From assembly GCF_000142905.1 (NCBI RefSeq), contig NW_013657606.1, positions 14,923 through 78,922 of the forward strand: 64,000 nucleotides of DNA, given 5' to 3'. Within the stretch, counting starts at the first letter, position 1, and every line of letters starts with the position of its first letter. Shown here in pieces: positions 11,109 to 22,547 of this stretch. This stretch comes from Thecamonas trahens ATCC 50062 (lineage: Eukaryota > Protista > Apusomonadida). The position numbers and the translations under genes are program-made. Below the pieces are notes generated by a model, which saw only the letters and a list, made by a program, of their open reading frames with translations, did no database searches and was not told the origin of the DNA.

Positions 11109-14100
11109 CTACCCGGAATTGCCCGAGACAGCGCCCGAGGTGCCGGACGACTCATTGCCGCGGTTGCGGGCGACGGCGGCATTGAGCGCGCTGGAGATGG
11201 CGTTCTGGGCATGGGCATGGTGGTGGTGGTGGTGGTGGTGGTGGCGGTGACGATGGGTGTGGGGGTGAGGTGAGGAATCGCTTGCTGCCGACGACGACGA
11301 CGCCGACGTCGGCGCGTACGAGTACGAGTACTCGCCGTCGGGCACGCCAGCGATAACGCCTGCGAGCGACGCCGCCGCCTTCTCCACCACATGCACTGCG
11401 TTGCCGTACCGCTTGCGCTCCGCCTCCATCTCGGCCTCCCACTCCGAGTCGCCGATCTTGCGCAGCGCCATGGTCTCCCGCAGATGGTTCCACCCGTCGT
11501 CTGACGACGCCGTCGAGCCCGTGGTCGACGCTGTCGAGCCCGTGGTCGTCGCCGACGAGCCGAACGAGGTTGTCGACGGCCGGCGGTAGTCGGCGGCGGC
11601 AATGGCACGCTCGTCCACGGACATGCTGTCGGCCTCGTACTCGTGGTCTGAGTGGTCTGCGCAGCAGCCGGTGAAGAGGCTGTCTCGCTTACGCCACACC
11701 CGCCAAACAAGGACGAGCAGCAGGACGGCGGCGATGGTGATGGCGAGGGCGTTGCGGTAGGCCTCCTGCTCGGCCGTCTCGCCAGCAAGGGCGTCGGCGT
11801 CAAGGAAGAAGACCAGCTGGATGGCAGCGGCAAGGCCAACCGCGATCTGGACCCAGTTGTTGGCCTCGACCTTGAACGGCCACACAAAGATGACCACCAC
11901 CGTGTTGGCCAGGAACGACATGCCGGCGGCAAAGATCTTGACCGCCGGCTCGTCCGAGAGGGTGGTCTGGAGGACGAGGACGAGGTTGATGCCCAGCGCC
12001 AGGAGCCGGAACCAGAAGTAGCGGACATGGAGGCCGCGGGTGAGAAAGGCAAAGGGTCCTGCCTTGAGCGCCGCCAGCGCCCCGCGCTGCAGCGCACGCG
12101 TCATGAGGAAGAGGGTGATGAGCGGGAAGCCGGCGACGTAGACGACAATGAGGATCCAGATGACCACGACGGTCGACTTGTGCGAGCCCTCGTAGCAGAG
12201 CGTCGAGAGCTCCATCGCAAGACGCTTCTGCGAGTTGACCTGCTTGCAGTACACGCCCTGCACGCACCGCAGCGTCAGCTGAAAGTACACCGCAGTCAGC
12301 AGCATGATGAGCGCAAGTGGCGCACGCTGCAGGTACCGCGCACGGACCGACGAGTGCGCCACAAGATACGCCGCAATCTCGTCTGCTCCAGAGTCAGAGT
12401 TGAGCGCATGCCCACGGAACGAGAGCGAGCCGTCGCTCCCGGGCCCGGACCACACTCCCGACCGGTCCGACGTCGACCGGCCCGAGAGCCCCGACGTTGT
12501 TGTCGTCATCGTGCCCGCCTGCTGCTGCTGCTGCTCGCTCCACGACGTCGACGTCAGCGTGTAGTCATCGGTCATCGACGAGCACGAGCTCGTCCTGGTC
12601 CGGCTCGAGGTCGCCGACTCGCCGTTGGCCTCGTCGCCGCCCTCGCCCTTGGACTTTTTCTTGAACAGCGACTTGAGCGAGGGCACCCGGTAGCCGACGA
12701 CGGCGTAGACGCCCGAGGCGACGAGAAAGGCGACAATGGCAATGCCAATGAGGGCAAGGGTGCCCCAGAAGACCTGCACAAAGCCGATCGAGGCCGAGAA
12801 GTAGCACGCCGGCTGCACAAACTCGACGTCAAAGAGGACAAACGAGAGAGAGCGGAAGAGCGCGTTGAGATCGCGCCCGGTCTGCGAGTTGAGCCGCGAC
12901 GACGCCAGCCGCCCGACAAAGACCACCTGCTGGAGGGCAAGGAGGCCTGCGACGACCGCAGAGAGCTTGGCCACAGAGAGGACGGCAATGCCAAGAAAGA
13001 CAAGTCCGGTCATGATCAGCGCCGTGATGACCAGCAGCGCAAGCTCGCCCTTGTCGCCCTTGTCGCACACCCGGCAGACTCCGCCGTCCCGAAAGTACGC
13101 CGGCGTGATGCACGAGTCGCAGAACTCGCCCGTGTAGCCGGCGCTGGTGTCACACTGCTGCGTGTTGCGCACTCCGCCGGCAAGCGCCGTCGGTGAGAGC
13201 GGACACTCCTCAGGCATCTCGCCCAGAGCGCCGCAGCACGCCTCGCGGATGGCGCACGCCCCGGGCTGGGTCAGCTCCGAGTACGACCAGTACCCGAGCC
13301 GCGGCCAGAGCCGCGAGCCACCAGGACAGACCGCGCCCGTCGGGCACGGCCGGCACTCGGTGCCGGTGAACCACAAGCCGGTCGCTGTGCAGTTGAACGC
13401 CACCGCCGCATCGATGAACACCACGCCAGAGACGTCCGTCGCGTTGGTCGTCGTCGTCACCACAATGGTTGGGTACCCGCCGGGAAGCCCGGCAGGGAGA
13501 TCAAAGGTCAGCGTCGACGAGCCTGTCGTCGCGCCCGTCTGCAGCAGGCTCCGCGACCCGCTGCCGCTCCCTGAGCCACGGCTGCTTGCTGCCGGGTAGA
13601 CCGAGACTCCGTTGACCGTCACGTTCACCGTCGCGTTGAAGCCGGTGCCCACAAAGGTGACGACTCCGCCTGCCGGTCCGTACACGCACGAGTTGACGCA
13701 GCCCTGGACCACCACCGGAGGCCCCGGCGGCGGTGGCGGCGGCGACGAAGGCGGCGGAACAGGCACGTACGCTGGGTACATTGCCTCGTCAGAGTGCCGC
13801 CGCGCCACAGAGAGAATCGCATACACCGTCTCCCCTTCAAACGTCGTGGGTGGCGGGCGAGCCGGTCCCGACAACGCCACCCGCGGGCTCTCTACCTGCT
13901 TCGAGCTGCGATCCGGAATGTAGCCATAGCCACCAGCTGCAGAACGCGACCACGGCTGGGACTGCCTCTGCAACGTCGACGATTGCCGCGGCAGTTCGCA
14001 GGCATCGCCGACGTCTCCCCAGATCGTCGTCACCTCGGCGGTAGCCAGGTTGACTCGACGAAAGACGCTTCCGCCGATACACTCATCGTTGACAATGAGG

Positions 14101-14966
14101 TGGTTGTCGTGGTCGAGTGCCATGGTCCTGATCCTGGCAAACCGAGCCGCCGATCCGAGGCCGTCGACAATGATGGGGGGCTCGTCCGGCTTGCCAGCCA
14201 CCTCCACGTACGTCTGTGACTCGAGCTGGAGAGCCGTGATATACCCCCGGGCAGAGACGTAAATGGTCTTGCCGTCGGCAGACATGACCGCACAGTCGAT
14301 GTTGGTCGCCAAGGTGGCCGAGGCAAACGGACCGTACACCGCCGGGTTGCCGCCGGTGAGGACAAGCGTCTCGGTCGAAGTCTGTCCGCTGTGGTCGATG
14401 CGGTAGTAGTTGTCGCTGGTAAAGTGGTGGATCGCGCCAGAGCCACCGCCAATCGCAGACCCAAACGCAGAGCCCCGCGAGAAAACCACTTCACGACCAG
14501 CCATGGCCAGGTTGTCGACGCTAAAGGCAAAGAGGTCGCGGGTGGCGGTGAGGTACACCCGCGGCGACGCCGTACTACCAAACGGATCCATAGCCAAGTT
14601 TGCCGTCGTCACTTCGGAAAACGACGCACCAAGCGGCTCCAGCACAACCGACGTCTTGCTCAGCTCAACGTTCCGAAGCGCGAGCGAGTTGTAAAGGATG
14701 CACGTTGCGTTGCTGAGCGACCCGATCGAGTCGGGCCGGAAGATGAGACCCTTGCCGCCCGATCCGTTCGGCACCGACGCCAGGCCAAGGGTCCGCTCCA
14801 TCTCAGTCCCGCCCTGCGACGTCGGCGAGATCTTGCGAATGCTGTCAAAGGTGACGTAGTAGTACTCGCGATCAAACAGCGCGTCTGCCGCAACCGGCGA
14901 CACCACCACCGCCGCCAGATACACCAACACCACCACCAGCATCCACTTTGCCTCCATGACCTTCAT
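11109..14966 (-). CDS. Cell-surface multi-TM protein: NHL/beta-propeller-like + IPT/TIG + Cys-rich + ~7-9 TM
   Basis: Signal peptide; NHL-like VDGLGSAARFARIRTMALDHDNHLIV; IPT-like GPAGGVVTFVGTGF; CRPCPTGAVCPGG and GYTGEFCDSC; multiple hydrophobic helices; Ser-rich loop and His-rich tail. Start is 14966 or 14987. Confidence 0.8.
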   Translation of the reverse strand: MKVMEAKWMLVVVLVYLAAVVVSPVAADALFDREYYYVTFDSIRKISPTSQGGTEMERTLGLASVPNGSGGKGLIFRPDSIGSLSNATCILYNSLALRNVELSKTSVVLEPLGASFSEVTTANLAMDPFGSTASPRVYLTATRDLFAFSVDNLAMAGREVVFSRGSAFGSAIGGGSGAIHHFTSDNYYRIDHSGQTSTETLVLTGGNPAVYGPFASATLATNIDCAVMSADGKTIYVSARGYITALQLESQTYVEVAGKPDEPPIIVDGLGSAARFARIRTMALDHDNHLIVNDECIGGSVFRRVNLATAEVTTIWGDVGDACELPRQSSTLQRQSQPWSRSAAGGYGYIPDRSSKQVESPRVALSGPARPPPTTFEGETVYAILSVARRHSDEAMYPAYVPVPPPSSPPPPPPGPPVVVQGCVNSCVYGPAGGVVTFVGTGFNATVNVTVNGVSVYPAASSRGSGSGSGSRSLLQTGATTGSSTLTFDLPAGLPGGYPTIVVTTTTNATDVSGVVFIDAAVAFNCTATGLWFTGTECRPCPTGAVCPGGSRLWPRLGYWSYSELTQPGACAIREACCGALGEMPEECPLSPTALAGGVRNTQQCDTSAGYTGEFCDSCITPAYFRDGGVCRVCDKGDKGELALLVITALIMTGLVFLGIAVLSVAKLSAVVAGLLALQQVVFVGRLASSRLNSQTGRDLNALFRSLSFVLFDVEFVQPACYFSASIGFVQVFWGTLALIGIAIVAFLVASGVYAVVGYRVPSLKSLFKKKSKGEGGDEANGESATSSRTRTSSCSSMTDDYTLTSTSWSEQQQQQAGTMTTTTSGLSGRSTSDRSGVWSGPGSDGSLSFRGHALNSDSGADEIAAYLVAHSSVRARYLQRAPLALIMLLTAVYFQLTLRCVQGVYCKQVNSQKRLAMELSTLCYEGSHKSTVVVIWILIVVYVAGFPLITLFLMTRALQRGALAALKAGPFAFLTRGLHVRYFWFRLLALGINLVLVLQTTLSDEPAVKIFAAGMSFLANTVVVIFVWPFKVEANNWVQIAVGLAAAIQLVFFLDADALAGETAEQEAYRNALAITIAAVLLLVLVWRVWRKRDSLFTGCCADHSDHEYEADSMSVDERAIAAADYRRPSTTSFGSSATTTGSTASTTGSTASSDDGWNHLRETMALRKIGDSEWEAEMEAERKRYGNAVHVVEKAAASLAGVIAGVPDGEYSYSYAPTSASSSSAASDSSPHPHTHRHRHHHHHHHHHAHAQNAISSALNAAVARNRGNESSGTSGAVSGNSG

Positions 14967-15860
14967 CTTTCCAGAACACTGTGTCATCGACCGCAAGCCA
15001 GAAGAGCGGAAGGATGGGAAAAAAGATGTTCCCTGTTCTCTTCTATTTTTTTTCCGGTCCCTAAAGACAGAGCCAAATTTTTTCCCGAACAAAGCTCAGC
15101 TGACGACCAAGACGCACCAAGAGAGAAGAGGAGGGGGAGCAGAGGAGGGGGGGGAGGGGGAGCAGTGAGTGTAGAGGAAGAATAGCGGAGGGCTAAGGGG
15201 GAAGGAAGCGGGGGATGGGGGGGGGGGGATGGGGGGTGTCGGTGGTGGGGGGGGGGGGGAAAAGAGAAAAATATTTTCACCCCGGAGGAGGGAGTCGTGG
15301 GCTGGCGGTTGATGGGCGCATCAGTCCGGCCGACGGACGGCGGGCGAAGGGGGGGAGGAGGCTTGGGCAAGACCAGGCAGGCGGCGAGGGGCAAGGGCCA
15401 TGGTGACGGCCACCACATTGGCCCTGGAAGGGGGGGGGGGAGGGGGGGGGAGGGGGGGGGGTGTACACATGTGGTATACCATGACAGCCATGTTGTGCAT
15501 ACCCTTACAAAGGATGCGAGAGTGGAGTTACGCCGCCACCACCGCTTCGCCGTATGCCCCCCCGTGGGTCATTCCGAGCATGGTCTCCGCAACGCGTGGG
15601 GGGTGGCGGGTGGGGGGTGGTCAGAGGGCGAGAAAAAATTTATCGAGGCCCAAAACCCAGACACTACACACATGCACCCGATGAGACGAACACAGGTGAC
15701 AGGTGGATGGTGATGGTGATGGTGGGCAATGTGCTGTTGGGGTGGGCGGGGATGGGCGGGGGTGGGTGGGCGTGCGTGGGCATGCGCGGGCATGAGCGTG
15801 GGCGTGGGCATGGGTGGGGGCGTGAGCACGGCACATTCATCTCGGCCGGATTATCGCTCA

Positions 15861-17132
15861 ATGTCGGCAGCATCGCTCGAATCGCTCCCGGTTGAGCTCC
15901 TGCATCATGTGGCATACGATGTGGAGGTGCTAGGCCCGTCAGATGTGATCTCGCTCGCCTGTGTCTCGCGACGGTTGGCCACGGCGCTGCTGAGCGACGA
16001 GTACGGCAAGGCGCGGGCGGCTTCGCTGGCAGGCTTTCATCGCTGCGTGGCTCTCGGGCTCTGGCGCGGGGCGAGGCTCGCGCTCAACCGGCGGCATAGG
16101 TCGAGGTGGCGGGTACGGACCTTTGATCTGGTGTGCGTATTTGATCCGAGCGTGATCGGCGAGGACAGGGACGGCTACTGCGGCGGCGACGACGACGACG
16201 GCGGCTGGGCCGATCTTGTGCGGGCGCTTGACGATGGCGGCGAGGAGATGCATCTCTCGATGTACGTGCGCAAGCGACTCTGGCCACATCTGCATCCGCC
16301 GGTATGGATCGAGGCTCTCCCGCTGCAACCGACGGCGCTTGCCGTTGCCGCGGCTGCGGTCGGGGCTGCCGAGCTGGCGGTCGAGCTCGGCAGGCGAGTC
16401 GATGACGAGCGAGTCTGCGATGACTTCCTTGTGGCGGCAAGCGCAGCAGGTGCGACAGAGGTTGTACGGACATGGCTTGCCGAGGGACGAGGCCATGCTG
16501 GGGCACGGAACAACGCGGCGCTCCGGTTGGCAGCTGCTCGGGGAGCCGTCCGAGTGGTGGAAGAGCTCCTCGGAGCCGACGGGGCGGCGCCCGAGGCCAT
16601 GCAGAGCGTGGCGCTGCGGGTGGCGGCGCGGAACGGACACGCCGAGGTGGTAGCGATGCTACTGGCAGATGGGCGGGCATCACCTGCGGCAGCTGGGCAG
16701 GCAGCGTTGCGGCAGGCGGCCAAGGCTGGTCACGCCGATGTGGTCAGCTTGCTCCTGGCGGACGCCCGGGTCGATCCCGTGGCGACGTGGGCGCTGGTAG
16801 ATGCGGCTGGCGGCGGTCACAGCGCAGTGGTGGCCATGCTCCTTGACGATGGCCGTTGCGATCCGGGTGCGAGGCAGCAGCAGGCCTTGGTCGATGCCGC
16901 CTTTGATGGCCATCTTGACGTCGTCCGCCTGCTACTTGCTGACGCCCGGGTGGATCCTGCTGCCCGGGACTCGGTCGCCCTCCGTTGGGCCGCCTTGAAC
17001 GGGCATGATGGCGTTGTGACGGCCTTGATCGACGATGGCCGTGTTGATGTCGATGCCTGTGGTGGTGATGCTGTGACTACTGCGCTGGAGATGGGCCATG
17101 ACCGCGTGCTTGCCGTCCTACGGCGGTCGTAG
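15861..17132 (+). CDS. F-box + ankyrin-repeat protein
   Basis: F-box LESLPVELLHHV...LACVSRRL, then repeated ALRxAAxxGHxxVVxxLLADxRVDP ankyrin units. Confidence 0.9.
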   Translation: MSAASLESLPVELLHHVAYDVEVLGPSDVISLACVSRRLATALLSDEYGKARAASLAGFHRCVALGLWRGARLALNRRHRSRWRVRTFDLVCVFDPSVIGEDRDGYCGGDDDDGGWADLVRALDDGGEEMHLSMYVRKRLWPHLHPPVWIEALPLQPTALAVAAAAVGAAELAVELGRRVDDERVCDDFLVAASAAGATEVVRTWLAEGRGHAGARNNAALRLAAARGAVRVVEELLGADGAAPEAMQSVALRVAARNGHAEVVAMLLADGRASPAAAGQAALRQAAKAGHADVVSLLLADARVDPVATWALVDAAGGGHSAVVAMLLDDGRCDPGARQQQALVDAAFDGHLDVVRLLLADARVDPAARDSVALRWAALNGHDGVVTALIDDGRVDVDACGGDAVTTALEMGHDRVLAVLRRS

Positions 17133-17134
17133 TT

Positions 17135-17265
17135 GCCACCATCCCCATCACCCGTACCCATGCCCATCACCCATCACCCATCACCCATACCCATACCCAT
17201 CATCACCACCACACCCATCCCCATCACCCATCACCCATCACCCATCACCCATCACCCATCATCAT
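17135..17265. repeat. (CCCATCA)n-type simple repeat
   Basis: Degenerate CCCATCA tandem units between the ankyrin gene and CRY-DASH. Confidence 0.85.
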
Positions 17266-17437
17266 CGCGGCTGCCCTCAGCGGCTGACGTGACTCACTCA
17301 TTGTTCGCCGCATCCGCACGTCATCCGCAGGCCCATCCCCCCTGCTGCACTCATCAACCACACTCCACTGGTCGACCACCACGCGACAAAGGTCGACGTG
17401 TTGGCGAGGCATCATCCAGAGCGTGCGGAGACTGAGT

Positions 17438-18970
17438 ATGGCGGCGGCGAGGGCTACGGCGGGGCGGACGGCGGTCTGCTGGCTCCGCAACGATCTGCGG
17501 GTGGCCGACTCGGCGACGATGGACCACGTGGCCAACACGTGCTACGATGCCGCAGTCTTTGTCTACTGCTTTCATCCCCGGACGTACACAGAGTCATGGA
17601 TGGGCTTGCCGCGGACAAGCGGCCATCGTGCTAGGTTCCTCCTCGACACGCTCTCCGATCTCAGGTCCGCGCTCCGTGGTCTCGGCTCGGACCTGGTCGT
17701 CCGCCATGGTCTGCCGGCCGAGGTCATCGCCGGCCTGGTCGACGAGCTTGCTGCCGATGTCGTCGTCTATCACCAGGCGGTAGGCAGTGAGGAAGCCGAC
17801 GATGAGGCCGCGCTCGCAGCTGCGCTCCCGGACGCGGTCACCGTCAAGTCGTTCTGGGGCAGAACCCTCCACCATCGCGACGATCTGCCGTTTGCCCTCG
17901 CCGACCTCCCGCCGACCTTTACTCCCTTCCGCAAGGCGCTCGAGCGGGCCCACTCTGTCCCGCGGGAGATCATCCCGCGCCCAACGTCGTTGCCGCCGCT
18001 ACCGGACGCCGTCGAGCCCGGCAAGCTGCCGAGCCTGACTGATCTTGGCCTCGAGCGTCCGCCCGCCGACTCGCGCGCTGTCCACGGCTTTCCGGGCGGC
18101 GAGAGCGGAGCGTGGGCAAGAATCGCTGAGTGGATGTGGGACGGCGACGCGCTGCGGCGGTACAAGGAGACCCGCAATGGCATGCTCGGTGGCGAGTACT
18201 CGTCCAAGCTCAGCCCCTGGCTCGCTCTCGGCTGTATCAGCCCACGCCAGGTCGCATCCGAAGTTCGCCGCTACGAGGCCGAGCGCGTCGCCAACAAGTC
18301 GACGTACTGGCTCATCTTTGAGCTGCTCTTTGCCGACTACTTCACCTTTTACGCCGCCCGCGCCGGTCGATCGCTCTTTGCCGCCCGCGGGCCCGCCGAT
18401 GTGTCCAATGCGGCGTGGGATGGCTCAGATGCGGCCTTTGCCGCCTGGGCCGCCGGCACCACGGGCATCCCGCTCGTCGACGCCAACATGCGCGAGCTGC
18501 TCGCCACGGGCTACATGTCCAACCGTGGCCGCCAGATTGTGGCCTCGGTCCTCACGAAGAACATGCGCGTCGACTGGCGCCGTGGCGCTGCTTGGTTCGA
18601 GGCCCAGCTCATCGATCATGACGTTGCTCTCAACTACGGCAACTGGGCGTATGTCGCTGGCGTCGGCGCCGATCCTCGCCCGGATCGCTACTTCAACGTC
18701 GCTAAGCAAGCCGCCACCTATGATCCCGACGGCGCATACCAAGCCACCTGGCTCCCACCCGCAGACCGTGCCGCGCCGTCGTACCCGGCCACGCCCATCA
18801 TCGACCTCGCCGCCACCTATCCGTCCGCCCGCAACCATCCCGCCGCCCGCCGCAGCGCTCCGCGCAAGGGCCGGGGACGTGCCCGAGGCCGCTACGGCCG
18901 CAAGCTGCAAAAGCCCAACAAGCGTACTGTGAAGCGGGCCACTCAGCGCGCCGCCCAACTCTCAGATTGA
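17438..18970 (+). CDS. cry-DASH: Cryptochrome DASH (photolyase/cryptochrome family)
   Basis: WLRNDLRVADS, YKETRNGMLGGEYSSKLSPWLALGCISPR, STYWLIFELL, TGYMSNRGRQ, NYGNWAYVAGVGADPRPDRYFNVAKQA; basic C-terminal tail. Confidence 0.92.
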   Translation: MAAARATAGRTAVCWLRNDLRVADSATMDHVANTCYDAAVFVYCFHPRTYTESWMGLPRTSGHRARFLLDTLSDLRSALRGLGSDLVVRHGLPAEVIAGLVDELAADVVVYHQAVGSEEADDEAALAAALPDAVTVKSFWGRTLHHRDDLPFALADLPPTFTPFRKALERAHSVPREIIPRPTSLPPLPDAVEPGKLPSLTDLGLERPPADSRAVHGFPGGESGAWARIAEWMWDGDALRRYKETRNGMLGGEYSSKLSPWLALGCISPRQVASEVRRYEAERVANKSTYWLIFELLFADYFTFYAARAGRSLFAARGPADVSNAAWDGSDAAFAAWAAGTTGIPLVDANMRELLATGYMSNRGRQIVASVLTKNMRVDWRRGAAWFEAQLIDHDVALNYGNWAYVAGVGADPRPDRYFNVAKQAATYDPDGAYQATWLPPADRAAPSYPATPIIDLAATYPSARNHPAARRSAPRKGRGRARGRYGRKLQKPNKRTVKRATQRAAQLSD

Positions 18971-19974
18971 AGCCGATCAAGGACATAGGGTCGATTGATG
19001 TAAACCCGCCGGCCCAGACGAACGTAAGCGAGTAGGTGGCCGCTATTCAGGTTCGGTTTAAGGCTTAGGTGGCGGCGACCAGACGTCTCTCTGGCAGGGG
19101 CGGTTCTTGAACACCCATCCTACACAGAGGGCCACACAGAGTAGGTAATGGTTGGCTGATGCGTGCACATATCAGCTGTAGGGCGTGTGAGGGTGGCCCT
19201 CGGCTCTAGTAGATCGCCTCTGGTGTAGCGAGGGCACACTGGGAGAGATACGTCGCAAAGGGCGAGTTTTCCCGGACTAGACACCCACATCAGACTGGTA
19301 ACCCCATGGTCAGCCATAATGCGGTTGCTTGCACTCCTTGCACGTGCCCCCTACTCTGTTCCTCCCCATGATGTGTGCGAGCGTGGCCATTGTGCGTCGA
19401 GGCTCGACGTCACGCTTGATCGTCCATTAATCCGTCCAAAGAAGTCGCTCCCCAAGAGTCACACACGGAAGTTACCGATGCACACGCCTGCACTCCTGCA
19501 TGCTCAGCCACTCTTCGTGAACAGTTGACCCGTAGCTGTTTGTCTTGTCTTCCAACGTTTCACGGCTCTAGCATGTCTGTGGCGTGTCTTTGGTAGCATG
19601 GGGGAGCTCTCCCGCACCCCAAAAAAGTGTCGATAGCCTTTTTCCGGTGATTGCGACACCTTCGCCACGGAGCTTGCTTAGGGTACACAAGCGCGGCTTG
19701 TCCGTCCACGGCCTTACATCATGAGAGACCACTCCAAATGCCATGTCCGCACTATTGCGTACCACATACTAGGTTTTCTTTCTTGAGATGGAGCCCCTTT
19801 CGCCGTTTTCCCTATCTGTGGCGACCTGTTGCGGCGGAACAGCTGAGATTGCCAAAAAGGGCGGCACTTTCCCAAGGCCGCGCTTGCCACTACCATCCTT
19901 ACACTCATCTCCACGTTGACCGCACAGCCAACGGAAAGATAGACAGCACGCATCCCAAGCGTTATAGGCAGACT

Positions 19975-20844
19975 ATGACCCTTTTCCCTGACTCTAAGCC
20001 CACCCGCGCGGCAAAGGCCGAGACCAAGAGCCGCCGCAAGCGCAAGCGCGAATCACACCCCATCGACGAGAAGCTCGAGCGGCCGAGCAAGCGGACCGGT
20101 GCCACTGTCATCCTTACCACGGCTACCTTGACATGTGACAACGTCATCGGTTGCCTACATATTAGCTATTGTGCGGATAAGCATGATATTATCCCGTTCG
20201 AGGTGGTGGAGCTCTCCAGCAAGGGCAAGGGCAGGGTGCTCCCTTTCGACCAGCTGCTTCAGCTCCTGTGCCCGCTGACCTCGCATACCCACGGCTCCCT
20301 GTGGTACCATCCGTTCAAGCTCGAGATGTTGTTGGGACTCGGTGTGCTGTCGACGATGGACGTGAACAATCCCTATGCCACCATTTCCGAGCGCGGCAAG
20401 CTCACGGTCAAGGAAGAGAACGAGATGAACGCCGTGATGCTCTCGGTGAACAGGTTGACCATCCGCCTCCGGACCTACTTGGCGAAGGTGACTGGAACGC
20501 TGAACCGCCTTGGCGAGTGGACCGCCTACTTTACCACCGATCACACGGCTCTGCTCGTTCGGTACGCCTTGCCCAAGGCCGATCCTGGGGACGAGATCAA
20601 CGTCACCAAGTTTGTCCGTGGCCTCTGGCGGCTGAGCGTCCGCCGCCGCCGCCGCTGCCTGAACTACAAGATTAAGGCGTTGATGAAGCAGAACAAGGAG
20701 GTCAAGCACAACCTGGCCAGCCTTCGCATGCGCCTGGACATCCCTCTCTTTCCCCTTGTCCAGATTTGCGGCGGAATCCAGGCTGTCTGCGATGCTGCGC
20801 TTGCCGATGCCGCGGTCCCAGCTCAGACGCCGCCGGACGCCTGA
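19975..20844 (+). CDS. Hypothetical basic protein with NLS-like KSRRKRKR
   Basis: 289-aa ORF with coding-like codon bias from ATG 19975. No recognised domain; flanks are lower in GC. Confidence 0.55.
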   Translation: MTLFPDSKPTRAAKAETKSRRKRKRESHPIDEKLERPSKRTGATVILTTATLTCDNVIGCLHISYCADKHDIIPFEVVELSSKGKGRVLPFDQLLQLLCPLTSHTHGSLWYHPFKLEMLLGLGVLSTMDVNNPYATISERGKLTVKEENEMNAVMLSVNRLTIRLRTYLAKVTGTLNRLGEWTAYFTTDHTALLVRYALPKADPGDEINVTKFVRGLWRLSVRRRRRCLNYKIKALMKQNKEVKHNLASLRMRLDIPLFPLVQICGGIQAVCDAALADAAVPAQTPPDA

Positions 20845-21978
20845 TCACCGATTCTCGTTTCCTCGCCGACATGCAGTGTCAGATCATCAGCCACACACTC
20901 TCACTCTTCACAAGCATTCATTTGTAAACCAAACTCGTAAGGGGGTAGAAGCATGGACAAAGTCGTGCTTCTACTCCTCTCTGCCCCGATGTCCCCTGGG
21001 TGGGTGGGAGAGGGGGGATATGAGGCTGGCGGCCGGCAGGGGTACCGCCATCGTCCGCCTTCCACACTTGATACAAAGAGCTATGTGTAGCAGCGGCACG
21101 GTGGGCACAGATAGCCATGACAGGGGATGGGTCTTCTGTGGCTCTGTATGTGTCTGAGGGGGGGCATCTAGGGGCTTGCTCGTTTGATGCTCTTCGATGC
21201 GAGACATTACGTGGGGACATTGACGAGCGGGGGCATACCACATGAATGCGGGCGATGGCTGGCATGTGAACATGGCTTGCTGCGATGGGTGTACACTAGT
21301 GAGCTGTTGGCTTGCTTGTTCGACATCCGCGTCATGATCTGTCCAACCCTAACCGGCCCACTACCACTACCGCATAGCCAACAATGTCATCGAGTCCAAG
21401 TCCCTGCTCGACCACCGTCATACGCACTCAACTACGGCCCTATTCTCCTACAAAGCCTCTCCTTTGCTGGCCAAGCATCGCCATCTATTGTCTCATCTGC
21501 CGCCCCATCCATGCCCATACACCCGTCCATAATCGTAGTCCCTCCCACAACCTTAGAAATACCAATTGCTGCCAAAGCCCCCATCCCCCTCCCCGTCCCC
21601 ACGCCCATCCCCCATCCTCCCCTCCATCGGTGGCCTTATCCATGTTCTTACTCTCCACTTGTACTCATTGTCCCTATCCCCTCCTCCTCCCTATCTCCCT
21701 CCATCCCCCCCCCCCCATCCCCCCAACCCTATATTTACAATATCCCCATCATATTTTACACACCCTCTTCCCGCCAACCCCCCCCTCCCCCACCAATAGC
21801 TTATCCATGATCATGATCACACTCCCCTCCCCCTCCCCACCCCCCCCCTCCTCCCCATTCCCCCCATCCCCTTCCTCCTCCCCTCCATCCCCCCTCCATC
21901 CCCCCTCCACTCCCCCCCCCCATCCCCCCAACCATAAATTTACATCATCCCCATCATATTTTACACACCCTCTTCCGC

Positions 21979-22547
21979 NNNNNNNNNNNNNNNNNNNNNN
22001 NNNNNNNNNNNNNNNNNNNNNNNNNNNNNNNNNNNNNNNNNNNNNNNNNNNNNNNNNNNNNNNNNNNNNNNNNNNNNNNNNNNNNNNNNNNNNNNNNNNN
22101 NNNNNNNNNNNNNNNNNNNNNNNNNNNNNNNNNNNNNNNNNNNNNNNNNNNNNNNNNNNNNNNNNNNNNNNNNNNNNNNNNNNNNNNNNNNNNNNNNNNN
22201 NNNNNNNNNNNNNNNNNNNNNNNNNNNNNNNNNNNNNNNNNNNNNNNNNNNNNNNNNNNNNNNNNNNNNNNNNNNNNNNNNNNNNNNNNNNNNNNNNNNN
22301 NNNNNNNNNNNNNNNNNNNNNNNNNNNNNNNNNNNNNNNNNNNNNNNNNNNNNNNNNNNNNNNNNNNNNNNNNNNNNNNNNNNNNNNNNNNNNNNNNNNN
22401 NNNNNNNNNNNNNNNNNNNNNNNNNNNNNNNNNNNNNNNNNNNNNNNNNNNNNNNNNNNNNNNNNNNNNNNNNNNNNNNNNNNNNNNNNNNNNNNNNNNN
22501 NNNNNNNNNNNNNNNNNNNNNNNNNNNNNNNNNNNNNNNNNNNNNNN
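21979..22547. other. Assembly gap
   Basis: Run of N. Confidence 1.

Noticed and set aside
21745-21977. Direct repeat CCCCATCATATTTTACACACCCTCTTCC (two copies ~205 bp apart)
   Set aside because: Lies in low-complexity sequence at a contig end, so it may be a read or assembly artefact.
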